DNA of 64,000 nt from Mobula hypostoma (taxonomy: Eukaryota): positions 6,572,001-6,636,000 of the forward strand of contig NC_086121.1 in NCBI RefSeq assembly GCF_963921235.1, in the 5' to 3' direction. Numbering within the stretch: position 1 is the first letter of the stretch; the number at the start of each line of letters is the position of its first letter. Under the pieces are notes generated by a model. That model was not told the origin of the DNA, made no database searches, and saw only the letters and a program-made list of their open reading frames with translations. Positions 25,504 to 38,205 of this stretch are shown here, in pieces. A program made the position numbers and the translations under genes.

Positions 25504-26141
25504 AGGATTGGAAGATTACAGTTGAGAGGGATAGTAAATCAGCCAAGATGCAATGGCAGAGTAGTCTCGATGGGCCAAATGGCTCAATTCTGCTCCTGGG
25601 TCTTATGAAAACAGCCATGAATTGTCAAATGTCAGAGCAAACTCAAAACAACTATCTCTGCTTCTATTTAATTTGTTCTTAAATAGTAGTACTTTTAATT
25701 GACTGTTGTGGACCAACATTCTATGTGGAGAAGTTTGAAAGAACCTCTCTTGTGAATGGCTTTGATCTCTTCCCAGTAAATTCCATGTGAAATTGATTAA
25801 ATCATACAATTACAGTACATTGGACATGTAATATTTTTATGAATTCAGCATTAAAGGCAAAAATCAAATTTCAAAGTTTGCGGTAATTTCACCTTTAGCT
25901 GTTAATAGACCAGATTCTTCAATAACCATACAAAAATTGTAGGAAATATGATTAAATAATTCCAGAGTAAAATTGACTGCAAAGGTTTTACTTTCGTCTG
26001 CACAGTCATCAAAGCAGATATTAGTAGTTTAATAGGATTGTTAAAATACTCAGTAAATATGCATGCTACATAGAAATGGTAACTGGAAAGTCAGATCGAA
26101 ATAGCTTGAGTCCCACATAGGGATATTTTACAATAAATACA

Positions 26142-26761
26142 CACTCACTGGCCACTTTATTAGATACACCTGGTCATTAATGCAAATATCTATTAGCCAA
26201 GTGGTAGCAACTCAAGGCAAAAAAGTATGCAGACATGGTCTAGAGCAGGGGTTCCGAACATGGGGTCTATGGAACCCTCGGTTTATGGTAGGGGCCCATG
26301 CCATAAGAAATATTGCGAGCCTCTGGTCTAGAGTTTCAGTTGTCATTCAGACCAAACATCAGAAAGGGGAAGAAATATGATCCAAGTGACTGACAGTGGA
26401 ATGATTGTTGGTCCCACACAAGGTGGTTTGGGTATCTCAGAAACTGCTGATATCCCAGTATTTTCACACACACAAGTCTCTAAAGTTTATTGAGAATGGT
26501 GCGAGAAACAAAAACATCCAGTAAGCAGCAGTTCTGTAGGCAAAAAGGCCTTACTAATGAGAGGGATTAGAGGAGAATGGCCAGACTGGTTCAAGTTGAC
26601 ACAAAGGCGACAGTAACTCAAGTAACTGTGCATTACAACAGCGGTGTGCAGAAGAGCACCTCTGAATGCACCAACATGTGAAACGTTGAAGTCGACGGGC
26701 CACAGCAGCAGAAGTCCACACCAGGTTCCACTCCTGTTCCTAATAAAGAGGCCACTGAGTG
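26142..26761. mobile_element. Non-autonomous Tc1/mariner-type element
   Basis: TIRs cactcactggccactttattag / ctaataaagaggccactgagtg followed by TA. Confidence 0.8.
26246..26325. mobile_element. 80-bp hAT (Charlie-type) MITE nested in the Tc1 element
   Basis: CAGGGGTTCCGAAC...TTGCGAGCCTCTG flanked by 8-bp TSD GTCTAGAG at 26238-26245 and 26326-26333. Confidence 0.85.
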
Positions 26762-27279
26762 TATTGTTGTAGTTTCATCAATCAGCCAGTCGGTGGCAGC
26801 ACTTAGTTAGAAAACTGCAATCAGAGCTTCACAGATATGGAATGCACTAATACAAAATTTACGGAATTGGGTATATTAAACTCCCATATAAAGCCAAACA
26901 ATGCTACTTTATCTAGCAATTTACAGCTCACTTTTTTTTTGTTTCCTTTTACACAAATCAACAGTATTTACTTAAATTGAATTTGTCACCTCTTCAGTAC
27001 AAACCTGTACAGGAAACTATAAAAAAAAGCAAATTTCCTTATAGGTTTATCACTCCAACAACCATACAAATACCTATGGGATCAACTATAACCAGATGCA
27101 TAAAAATTTGTGGATACTTTCAACAACACCCCTGGACTCAGTGGTTCTCTGTAGCATTGTTGTTAAGAAGAACCTGTCAGGAAAACCATGTTCTGCCAAA
27201 ATCCCATCATGTGTGTCACTTAGGAGGAAAAAAATCTAAATCTCCTTTGCCATGTTTCAAAGCATTTTAATACATCGTA

Positions 27280-27628
27280 AATACAGAAACATAGAAAACC
27301 TACAGCACAATACAGGCCCTTCGGCCCACAAAATTGTGCCGAACATGTCCCTACCTGAGAAATTACGAGGCTTACCCACAGCCCTCTATTTTTCTAAGCT
27401 CCATGTACCTATCCAAAAGTCTCTTAAAAGACACTATTGTATCTGTCTCCACCACCGTGCTGGCAGCCCATTCCACGCACTCACCACTCTCTGCGTAAAA
27501 AACTTACCCCTGACATCTCCTCTGTACCTACTCCCCAGCACCTTAAACCTGTGTCCTCTTGTGGCAACCATTTCAGCCCTGGGAAAAAGCCTCTGACTAT
27601 CCACGCGATCAATACCTCTCATCATCTT
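27280..27628 (-). mobile_element. CR1 LINE 3' fragment
   Basis: Antisense MMRGIDRVDSQRLFP..TRGHRFKV..FFTQRVVSAWNGLP plus tail. Confidence 0.9.
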
Positions 27629-28526
27629 TTACTCCAAATATACTCCATTTTTTAAAAATGAAGCATTTAACACTTCTTGATTTCCTAGATTACCCAAATG
27701 CAGAACATCACAGTGCACAGAGGGTGGGTTTTAATAAAACCTGTAGTGATTAGGATTTGTGTTACACTTTAAGCATGTTGACAACATCTGCTGGATATAT
27801 TACAATCAAGAGGTCAAGTAATGCTAAGGAGACACAAGAGAATGCAGATGGTGGAATTGGGGTAACAATGTGCTGAGGATCTCAGTAGGTCGTGCAGTGT
27901 TGGTGGGAGGAAAATTGTCGATGTTTCGGGTTGAAGTCCTACATCAGTACGGCTGCCACGTACATCAATCCATAAACAGCAATAGATCAACGTTCATTTT
28001 GACATGAAGAGAGGCACGGCTGGTAAAACCACTGTTCAGAGCTCCACAGACCCAGATTCAATATCACCTCAGGTGCTGTCTGTGTGGAGTTTGCACATTC
28101 TCGCCATGCCTGAGTGAAATAGTCAACGTTTCGGGCCAAGACCATCCATAGGTGCTACCTGATTTGTAAAAGGCAAGAATAGGATTTGCATTCGTGGGGT
28201 CTCATTTGTGTGTGTGTTGCTCAAGATTTCTACAATTTGCAGAACCCCTCATTTTTGTAGTAATTGGCCACTGCATGCAATTAAGTGGGAGAATCTGGAG
28301 GGGTGTGATAGAGACATCAGAGGGGTGGGGAGCAATGAGATTAAAGTAGGATTAGTGTAAATGGGGGATGTACAGTTAATGCAGACACAATGAGCCAAAG
28401 GATCTACTTCTGCCCTGTAGGACTCTATGACGAGGATAGAATATTTATGAAACCTTTGAAAATTAAACTACTTCTCAACATCTATGCTACTCTGAACACA
28501 AATAAATACACCGAATTTGAACAAAG

Positions 28527-28771
28527 ACACGAGGAAATCTGCAGATGCTGGAAATTCAAGCAATACACACAAAAAATGATGGTGAACGCAGCAAGCCAGG
28601 CGGCATCTATAGGAAGAGGTACAGTCGACGTTTCGGGCTGGGACCCTTCGTCAGAACTAACTGAAAGAACAGATAGTAAGAGATTTGAAAGTGGGAGTGA
28701 AAGTGGGAGGGAAAGGGGGAGATCCAAAATGATAGGAGAAGACAGGAGGGGAGGGATGGATCTAAGAGCTG
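28527..28771 (-). mobile_element. 5'-truncated Penelope pLTR insertion
   Basis: 14-bp TSD GAATTTGAACAAAG at 28513-28526 and 28772-28785; antisense match to 58890-59135. Confidence 0.85.
28623..28658 (-). ncRNA. Minimal type-I hammerhead ribozyme motif, core intact
   Basis: Minus strand: AGTT-CTGACGA-A-GGGT-CCCA-GCCC-GAAAC-GTC^GACT. Stem I AGUU/GACU, stem II GGGU/GCCC, palindromic ACGU stem III. Confidence 0.7.
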
Positions 28772-28821
28772 GAATTTGAACAAAGCTTGTTTACTAAATA
28801 TTTAGTTAAGAAGAACGACAC

Positions 28822-29048
28822 AGAGGTTATAGTCTGTGTTGATATATTACCTCAGTCTGAGGTAATGTCAATACAGATTATAACCTCTAATCCGAGATTT
28901 GATTGTCAGCCCTTTAACACTGCAAATTGAGCCAGATATCCTGCCCAACTTGATATCCTGACTCAGTTTGTAAAACATTCATCAGAATTAGTGTTCAAGA
29001 ACTGACAATCTACTCTAAAATCAGAGGTTATAATCTGTGTTGACATTA
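28822..29048. repeat. Overlapping inverted repeats (MITE-like fold-back)
   Basis: agaggttata(g/a)tctgt(g/a)ttga occurs three times in alternating orientation; hairpin 28822-28888 and fold-back 28863-29048. Confidence 0.8.
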
Positions 29049-30322
29049 GTAGATTATTACATCTATAAGCAAGTTAAGTAAGAGGTTTTTGCAGATGGTT
29101 CAGATAACATTTAAGCACTCTACTTTTCTTAAAAACAGCGAGTTTCACCTAGTGAACAAAATTCCACAATCAACCATCATGATTAAACACAAGTTTGACT
29201 GTCCATTGCCACACGTATAGCTGTTGCATTTGGGTTGAATAACTAGTTGCAACTGGTAACAATGCAAAGCTGTGAGATATTCTTAACATATCCTCTCCAA
29301 GACCTGTTAACCAAGACTTGAGTTCTAATATTTCTTTATTTGACTTTGCACTTCTGTAACAAACCTTAGGATGCTTTTCTACATTACCAAAACAAAAGAA
29401 GTACAAATTATTACTGCAGTTAATGAGCTGAGTTCCATAATGAAGCAAGGCTTTGGCTGGATAGGAAGGGATGGTGGGACTGAGGAGGGACATAAAGAGA
29501 TCTGCATTGCTCCATCACTAGCTACTGTGCTTTATTGCCTTGGCCCTTAATCCCTTCGGAATTACCTTCCTAAACCTTGCCTGACACACACGCACACACA
29601 GACACACATAGGGTCCATCTGCATTTCTGTCTGCCTGTCCACAAATCTGTGCATCTGCAAGTCTGGGTGATAGTTGCATTCTGTTGTTCAATATGATACT
29701 TATCAGATTTGTGTTTGTTGGTTTGTTAAATGCCTTTCACTATTTCATTGAACAGAAATAGGCTGGAGCCAGCAGCTCTGAAAGGAACAGCTGACATTTA
29801 TCCATTTAGATGGGCAAGTCTGGGATATCTCCTGCCACCCTTCCAAATGAACTCCTGACCTACATGATAGATTTGGGGTGATGCATCCATAATTAGCTCT
29901 CACTGCTGCCTTATTTTGCAGAGATTCTCCACACTTACACTGTGGAGATCATCTTTCAAATCCCTCATCAAATCGGATCTGGCACAGGATCCAAACCCCT
30001 GACGATTTCAATAGAATTAATGGGTGTAAAATGAGTGACAAAGGGGGAGGCAAGTTCCTTGTTTTTCTTAATTTATATTCCTTCAGTTTAATTGTTTCTT
30101 CTTATGAATATATTTATGAAAGCTTATTTTTAATGTTTATCAATTTACCTCAATTTTAATATCTTCAAATATTTCACAATGTCAAATATACTTAAAAACT
30201 AACAAATTACCCTCATCGCCTTGACAACCTGCAATAATGGAAACTAGGTTTAGCCGTCTGATAAATCCTTAAGAGCCTTTCAGAGACCAGGCTTCCAAGA
30301 GTGTGCAGTTGGAGGCCCTCTG

Positions 30323-31647
30323 CAGACATCCCACCTCTCCCGGAAGATCCGGGAGTCTCCAGCATATCAATAGTGGCTCCCTGATGCCTGGAAATTATAT
30401 ACAATATCCCGGAAATAGATTTTTTTGAGAGGGAGAGGGAGAGCGAGCATCCTGATTGGTCTCCCTTCGTGCTAAGAGTGGTCCCCAACCACTGGGCTGT
30501 GAGGAAACAATATGATTTGGCGATATGAAACGATATGAGTCATTTGCACCTTTCCTCATTCCCTGTCACGCACTGTTGAACTTGAACGCACGCGAGGTCA
30601 TTACCCGCGCGTCATCCATGTCAGCGCGGGAAGGAGATCAACTCCTCGAGCTTGTAAATGACGGCAGGCTGAAAAGTTTGTTTGACATAACATCTCTGCT
30701 GGCATTCTGGATCAAAGTCAAGGCTAAATATCCTGAGATAGCCACGAAAGCACTGAAAACATTGCTTCCATTCCAACATCATATCGCTGCGAAGCAGAGT
30801 TTTCTGCAATGAATGCAACGAAAACTAAATTGCGGAATAGACTGGACATAAGGAACCCCCTTCGAGTATCGCTGTCTCCCCTCACCCCGCGATGGGACCG
30901 TCTTGTTGCAGGAAAACAAGCCCAGGGCTCCCACTGATTCAGCGATTTGGTGTGTTGCAATGATTTTATATGTTCATACCGGGAAAATATGCGCTGTGTG
31001 TTTAATATCCAAACGTTACATAAAATGTTATGATACTATTGACTTATCACCTATATTCCGGTCGTGATTAACACCCCCCACCCCCCGGTCCGCAAGAATA
31101 TTGTCAATATTAAACCAGTCTGCGGTGCAAAAAAAGGTTGGGGACCCCTGCTAAGTAGACCTATCAGTTTTCTCTGTGGGCGGGCTTTACAGTCGACCTC
31201 AAAAATAATGAAGTGTTGCTCGCTGCACTGTTTGCAACAGTGACTTTTCTATTGCCCATGGTGGGTTAAAATGTAAAAGACATGTTGAGGTGAGTTTAAC
31301 AGGTGTCATTACAGCATAGCTAATGTTATTTAAACTAGCTGGCTGGCTGCTGAGGAGCTACTCTATTGATGTCCTACATGATGAGGCCAAACTCCCTGTA
31401 GACTAGCTTAAAGTTGTAATAGAGTAAACATGATAATATAAGCACATATTTTAATGTCACATTTGCTGCATATACCCAACTTGGTTTACAGATTAGACAA
31501 AATCACTAAACAAAGTATTACATACACCCTTGGAGGTCGACGGGCGGCGGGTGGGGGGATATGGTGTTGCGGGGGGGGGGGGGTGCTACCTCCCTGAAAT
31601 GGTGGTGATACCTCCCTGAAATGAGTTTTTGCAGGGTGGGATGTCTG
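30323..31647. mobile_element. Non-autonomous DNA transposon with short TIRs, hosting a nested hAT
   Basis: TIR cagacatcccacc / ggtgggatgtctg; flanking direct repeat CCTCTG. Confidence 0.65.
30477..31150 (+). mobile_element. Internally deleted hAT (Charlie/Buster-like) transposon
   Basis: TIRs agtggtccccaacc / ggttggggacccctg. Frameshifted dimerisation domain FWIKVKAKYPEIATKALKTLLPF...CEAEFSAMNATKTKLRNRLDI..QAQGSH*. Confidence 0.88.
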
Positions 31648-31843
31648 CCTCTGTTGCACAAGCCACAAAGCTGGAGCCCATGATACAGTTCGGGCTTTCT
31701 GCATTAAGATCAGTTAAACACAGAAAAAAGGGAGAGCATGGCTAAAGAATGAATATGCCTGCAAGATCCTGCATTTTGCTGTTGTTTGCTCCAGATGAGC
31801 AGAAAATTATCCAAATCACGAAAAAGGTTCTTCAAATTCCTAA

Positions 31844-31923
31844 TGTAATGGCTTCTCTGTAATGTTAATGAATGTAATGGCTTCTCCGTAATGTCAACCG
31901 CTGAGGTAATGATTTCTCTGTAG
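31844..31923. repeat. Short degenerate tandem repeat (gtaatggcttctctgta x3)
   Basis: Three copies at roughly 30-bp spacing. Confidence 0.65.
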
Positions 31924-33909
31924 CAGAAACGTGGGTTATGATTAGAGATAACGGGACTTCGGAATTCAGTGGCTATCCTATGGGAGAAATGTTATTCTTT
32001 CTTGTGTGTCTGGGAGCCGGGGTTTTCACGGGTTTTTTTGTCAAGGAGAGAGGAAGAGGAAGAACGAGAGTGGGCAAACCTGAGGGTTACAGCATTTTTT
32101 ATTACTCATTATTATTACTTCAAGAACTTAGATGGGGACATCAAAATAATGTAACAGTTAGCACGACGTTATGACAGCTCGGGCATCAGAATCCAGAGTT
32201 CAATTCTGGCATTGTTAGTAAGGAGTTTGTATATTCTCCCCATAACCATGTGGATTTACCCCGTGAGTTCCAGTTTCCTCCCACATTCCAATGACAGACC
32301 GGTGATGGTTAATTAGTCACTGTAAATTGTACTGTGATTAGGCTAGGGTTAAATTAGTGGGTTGCTGGTGGTGCAGCTCGTTGGGCTGGAAAGGCCTGTT
32401 CCATATGGCATCTTGAAATGAAATAAAATAAATAGATAAAGTGGCATTAATAGTTCACAGATCCTAATATAATAAAACTATACCATCGCTATTAATAGAT
32501 CTTCAAACTATACAATGCTGTTCAGTTCATTTGAAGTTTGCTATGAATTACCAAGCTGGAAGCAATTTTCTTTTACTATCATTCATTAATACAGAATACA
32601 CCCAGAGGCAACTGGAATGAAGTCAGGTATCGCAGGAAATTGGACTTTATGGTTACTGAGAGCACTGAATTCCCACTAAAGTATAAACAGTGCAAATAGA
32701 AAAAGAACCACATAATTTCATCCAGCAGTCCACAGTTAACAAACCTGCCATGAAGTCAACCAAATGGTGACAGCATCTTTTCAGAAGAAAAGTTAACCTT
32801 GTGCAAAATTATAATACAGTATAACTGCACTATGGATGCTCCCAAGCCTGGCTGTGAAAGGAGGAGGATTGGGCATGGTGCCAGAAACCCCATCTCGTAA
32901 AAACTCAGCGCTACAAAAATGCCAAGAGAAGCTCTGGAGCCCTTGTCCCTGAGAGAGGGAGGATCTTCAAAGAGAGGGCCAGGACAGAAGACTCTGATGA
33001 GATGCTGTCAGCATCTATGGCCCAGTAGAGTTGATGGGATTAAGAAGAAGGAGAAGAAATAATAATATATAATTTTTATTATGGAATATATGTTGTTATT
33101 ATTTGTTAATTTATTTGTAGTAAAATTACTTTGTGGTGTGTGAGAGTTATATGTATTGTGTTGTACACTTTGGTCCAGAGGAACATTGTTTTGTTTGTCA
33201 GTATACATTTGAATGATAATAAACTTGAACATTCTCACATCAACACTTTAAAAAGAACAGATTAGCATGATCGGTGTACAGCTGATTATCCAGATAAAAT
33301 CCTGGGGGTTAATTCACAATCATATTTGGCATTCAGCAAAATTCTCTCATGAGACTCTAGTTTCACTTCCTCCTGTGAGAATATATAGTGAGAATCTGAA
33401 TTGTTTAAATGTGCTAATTTCTGCTGCAAAACTGCTCATACAGAACAAGATCTGGATTTGGACCGTCTGTGGATGCAAACTGAACAACTGTCATAAAGAA
33501 TATACGATATCCAAATGAACTGGTGCTTATAGATTAGATATATATCAGAAAGCACAAATATAAATATTCAGCAATTTGATGTACGTTTCAATGAAACCTC
33601 GTCAATCTGATATATTAACTCTGCTACCCTCTTCATTAATGCTGCCTGATTTGCTGAACACACCCAGCATACTTAGTTTTTATTTTAAATCTATACAAGT
33701 ATTTGACAGACAAGCAGATCTAATCCTACATAGGTAATATAAACAGAAATAAGTTTTAGATGCCTTTATAAGTAACAGTCTACAAGACAACCTGCCTTCT
33801 TAGAAAGTATGGAATGCACTCAGAAGGAAATTAAGATGCATGCACATTTTTTGAATACCGTCATGGCTTAATTGAGGATAATGTCCAAACAGCACATAAG
33901 CAGTAAATA

Positions 33910-34454
33910 TTAGAACATAGATCATTACAACACAGTACAGTATAGGCCCTTCAGTCTGTGCCAGCCTTTTAACCTAATCTAAGATCAAACTAACCCTTCC
34001 CTTCAACATTGTCCTCCATATTTCAATAATCAATGTGCCAATCCAAGAGTTTTCTGTATGCCGCCAAGGTATCTGCCTCTACCACCACCCCTGGCAGGTT
34101 CCATGCACCCACCACTCCCTGTGTAAAGAACTTGCCTCTGACATTTACCCATACTTTTCTCCAATCACCTTAAAATTATGTCCCCTTGTATTAGTCAGTT
34201 CCGCCCTGGGGAAAAGACTCTGGCTGTCCACTTATCATTTTGTAGTACACCCTTATCAAGTCACCTCGGATTGTCCTTCGACCCAAATAGAAAAGCCTTA
34301 GCTTACTCAACCTATCTTCATAAGACATGCTCTCTAATCCAAATAGCATCCTGGTAAATCTCTTCTGCTTAGAAGCTCCTTAAAACTTCCAAACCTTCTT
34401 ATAATGAGTTGACCAGAACTGAACACAATATTCCAAGTGTGGCCTAACCAAGGA
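33910..34454 (-). mobile_element. CR1 LINE 3' fragment
   Basis: Antisense [14 protein letters not shown] remnant and 3' UTR. Confidence 0.8.
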
Positions 34455-34658
34455 ATAAGAAGAAAGCCCTTATCTCCGAGTGGAATCAACGGGACGCCTT
34501 TTTTTTTAGCAGGCTTTCTTATTTTTACAAGGCCGAGTTGCTAGCTCGACGCTCAACCCAGCACAGATGGAAAGCGTGCAAGGGAGCCGGCTGGATTCGA
34601 ACTCGGGAGCCTTTGCTCCGAAGTCCGGCGCTTATGCCACTACGCCACCAGCCAGCCA
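34455..34658 (-). mobile_element. tRNA-derived SINE (young, CpG-rich)
   Basis: A box TGGCGTAGTGG, B box GTTCGAATCC, 12-bp TSD CCTAACCAAGGA at 34443-34454 and 34659-34670. Confidence 0.85.
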
Positions 34659-36011
34659 CCTAACCAAGGATATTATAGAAAAAATTAGAGATCTTTACAC
34701 TGCAAAAGTTGGAGCCGTGGTTAAGCTGCTGGCTTAACATCCAAGGATCTGGTACTGAGCCAGAGGCACATAGCATCTGCAGTATTTAAATTCAACTAAT
34801 TAAATAAATATGGAATTAAAAAACCAGCATCAGTGAAGGTGCTGATGAAAGCACCATAATGTCAGAAAACTCCATCTGGTTCCTAATGACCTTTAGACAA
34901 AGTAAACAACCATTCTCTTCTATCTGGCCAAATGTGAACCTGCCCGGATCCATAACAAAATGGCTGAATTTTAACAGCTCTGTTAACCATTCAGACGCAA
35001 TTAGGGATGGGTAACAAAAAGGTTGGTGTCACCAATTAACTTAAAACAATGTTCCCCAGTTAATAACCACTCTGATTTTATTTTGTTTAAAAAATGGGCA
35101 GTTCCATCTTTAATTAACTCAGTTGGTTAACTTCTGATTTTTTTCTTCAATTTAAGAAACTCTTACGCACATGGTTGATAGATGGAGGGCTATGTAGGAG
35201 AGATTGGTTAGGTTAGTCTTAAAAGTAGGTTAAAAAGGTCAGCACCAAATCGTGGACTGAAGGACCTGTATAATGTTGTTCTATGCATTCTATTCAAAGA
35301 ATACAACGTCACAAAGCTATTCAGATCCATTCTATATTATGAGAATAGTTTTATTCAATGTTATATCTGTCAAAAAAAAATCAGTTTGACTTGGAGGTTC
35401 CTATGTGTTGGAACACAAACTATGACACCTTACTTCTATTACTTGCAAATTAAAATATCACAAGTCAGTATATTTCATAGTGAGTATTAAATATGACACA
35501 TTGTGATCCAAATTTAAAGAAAGATGCATTAAAAGTCAGATTGCTGTTGCTGGAGTTCATCACAGAAGAGCAAGGCTCTTCCTTGCCATGCATTCTATAG
35601 TAAGAAAGCTTTTCTCCAAGATGGAATATTAAAGTAGACAGCTTCTCAATACTTCGTCGTTGTGTGTGATTTTGCAATACATTTTCTTGCACTAAAATTA
35701 AGTTATTTAAACAATTGTTGTTTGTCAGTCTTTGTTATTTATAGTTTTGCATAAATTCTATTGTATTTCTCTATTTTCCTGAAAATGCCTGCACAAATCT
35801 CAAGGTAGTGTATGGTGACACATGTACTTTGATAACAAATTTACTTTGAAGTCATACTGGGGTATTTGAAAGTCAAGTGAACGAAGTATTTTCCCATGCT
35901 TGGAGACAAAATAGGACAATAAATAAGACTTTCTCATCAGAATCAGATTTAATCACCAGCATAAGTCATGAAATTTGTTGACTTTATGGCAGCAGCACAA
36001 TGCCATTCATT

Positions 36012-36322
36012 TATTAAGGCATCCATTAGTCTTGCGAGACCATGGATCTACGTCTGGAAAGTCTTCACTCTCCAGGGCGTAGGCCTGGGCAAGGTTATAT
36101 GGAAAACCAGCAGTTGCCCATGTTGCAAGTCTCCCCTCTCCACGACACCAATGTTGTCCAAGGGAAGGGCATTAGGACCCATACAGCTTGGCACCAGTGT
36201 CGTTGCAGAGCAATGTGTGGTTAAGTACCTTGCTCAAGGACACAACACATTGCCTCAGCCGGGGCTCGAACTCACGACCTTCAGGTCGCTAGTCCAATGC
36301 CTTAACCACTTGGCCACGTGTC
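36012..36322 (-). mobile_element. tRNA-derived SINE, second family
   Basis: Head GTGGCCAAGTGGTTAAGGC...GTTCGAGCCC; near-identical to 59272-59572. Confidence 0.85.
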
Positions 36323-37294
36323 CACAATAGATAAATGCAATACATAATAATAGAGGAAAAATAGTGAATTATAGTAAATATATATACACATTAGATAGTT
36401 AAATTAAATAAGTAGTGCAAAAATAGAAATAAAAAATGCAGTGAGGTAGTGTTCATGGGTTCAATGCCCATTCAAAAATTGGATGGCAGAGGGGAAGAAG
36501 CTATTCCTGAATTATTGAGTGCGTGCCTTCACACTTCTGTATCTCCCTCCCGACGGTAGCAATGAGAACAAGCCATGATATGGATAATGGTAGTCATTAA
36601 TGATGGACAGCATCTTTTCGAGGCGTCACTCCTTAAAGATGTCGTAGATACTACAGACGCTAGTGCTCATGATGGAGCTAAGTTTACCACTCTCTGCAGC
36701 TTACTTCAATCCTGAGTAGTAGCTACCACCTCCACCCCCATACCAGATGGTGATGCAGCCAGTTAGAATGCTTTCCATCGCATAGCTGTAGAAATTTGAG
36801 TGTTTTTGGAGACATAGCAAATCTTCTCAAACTACTAATGAAATATAGCCGCTGTCCTGCCTTCTTTGTAGCTGCAACAATGTTGGGTCCATGTTAGACC
36901 CTCAGATATATTGATACCCCGGAATTTGAAATTGCTCACTCATTTCACTTCTGATCCCTCTATGAGGACTGCTGTGTTTCCTCATCTTACCTGTTCTGAA
37001 GTCCACAATCAGTTCCTTGGTCTTAATGACCCTGAGTATTTTAGAGTACTTTTTTTATTTCTATTTTTGCATTAGTTATTTGATATTTTAGAGTGCAGCT
37101 GATAATATCATTTTAAGGTCTGTAAATTTTCTATACATTCTCAACAATTGAAGTGATAGACTCACAACAAGTTGAACAATGTGAAACTATTCAAAACAGT
37201 ATGTGTTAGCTTATATATGCATATTCTCACCTTTTTTGGTTTCCAGGTCTCAAAGACAGCTTTGAATGCAAATCATTGGCATTAAATATTTCGG

Positions 37295-38205
37295 TCGCCT
37301 TTATTAGTCAAGACATTAAGTTCAAAAGTCCGGAAGTTTTGTCGTAGCTTTATAAAGCTAGCTAGGCCACATCTGCAGTATTACATACAGTTCTGGTCAC
37401 CCCATTATAGAAGGATGTTGAGGCTTTCGGAAGGGGCAGAAGATCTTTTCCAGGATGTTGCCCGAATTATAACAGGTTGGACAAATTCGGGTGGTTTTCT
37501 TGGGAGCAGTACAGGCTGAGGGGAGATCTGAAAGAGGTTTATAAAATTATGAAAGACATAGATAGTGTAGACAGACAATATCTTTGTCCAAGGGTGAAAA
37601 TGCCTAATACCAGAGGGCATGCACTGAGGGTGAGAGGAAGTAATTTCAAAGGAGATGTGAGGGGGAAATTTTTTTTACACACACAGCGTGGTTGGGTGTT
37701 TGGAATGCAATGTCTGGGGTGATGGTAGAGGCAGAAATATTAGAGATTTTTAAGAGATGTTTAGATAGGAACATGAATGTGAGGAAAATAGGAGGACATG
37801 AACATGGAGGTTAGTTTAATTAACTTTTTTTTGGCGTGTGCGTGCATGTGCGTCTGTGTGCGTGTTCGATGTTGGCGGGAAGATGTCTTTTTCACGCCTT
37901 TACAAGGCGCGGAGCGAGCGAGAGAGAGGCTGTGTGGGCGCCACTCCTCACACAGACATTTCGCAGTATTTTTCCCTTTAATTTACGAGGTCGAGTTGCG
38001 ATCTCGACACTCAACCTGGCACGGATGGAAAGCGTACTTGGGAGCGGACCCAACTGGGTTCGAACCTGGGAACCTCTGTTCCAGAGTCCAGCGCTGATGT
38101 CATTGCGCCACCAGCCGGTCCGCAATTACAATTTTAATTGGTTCAGCAAAACATTGTGGGCTGAAGGGCCTGTTCCTGTGCTGTACTGATCTATGTTCTA
38201 TGTTC
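37295..38205 (+). mobile_element. CR1 3' fragment with an antisense tRNA-SINE inserted at ~37825-38120
   Basis: RLRGDLKEVYKIM..TRGHALRV. The SINE head GGCTGGTGGCGCAATG..GTTCGAACCC is related to 34455-34658. Confidence 0.8.

Noticed and set aside
31844-32091. Possible solo LTR (tgtaa...ttaca)
   Set aside because: No TSD or second copy is visible; only the internal tandem repeat is supportable.
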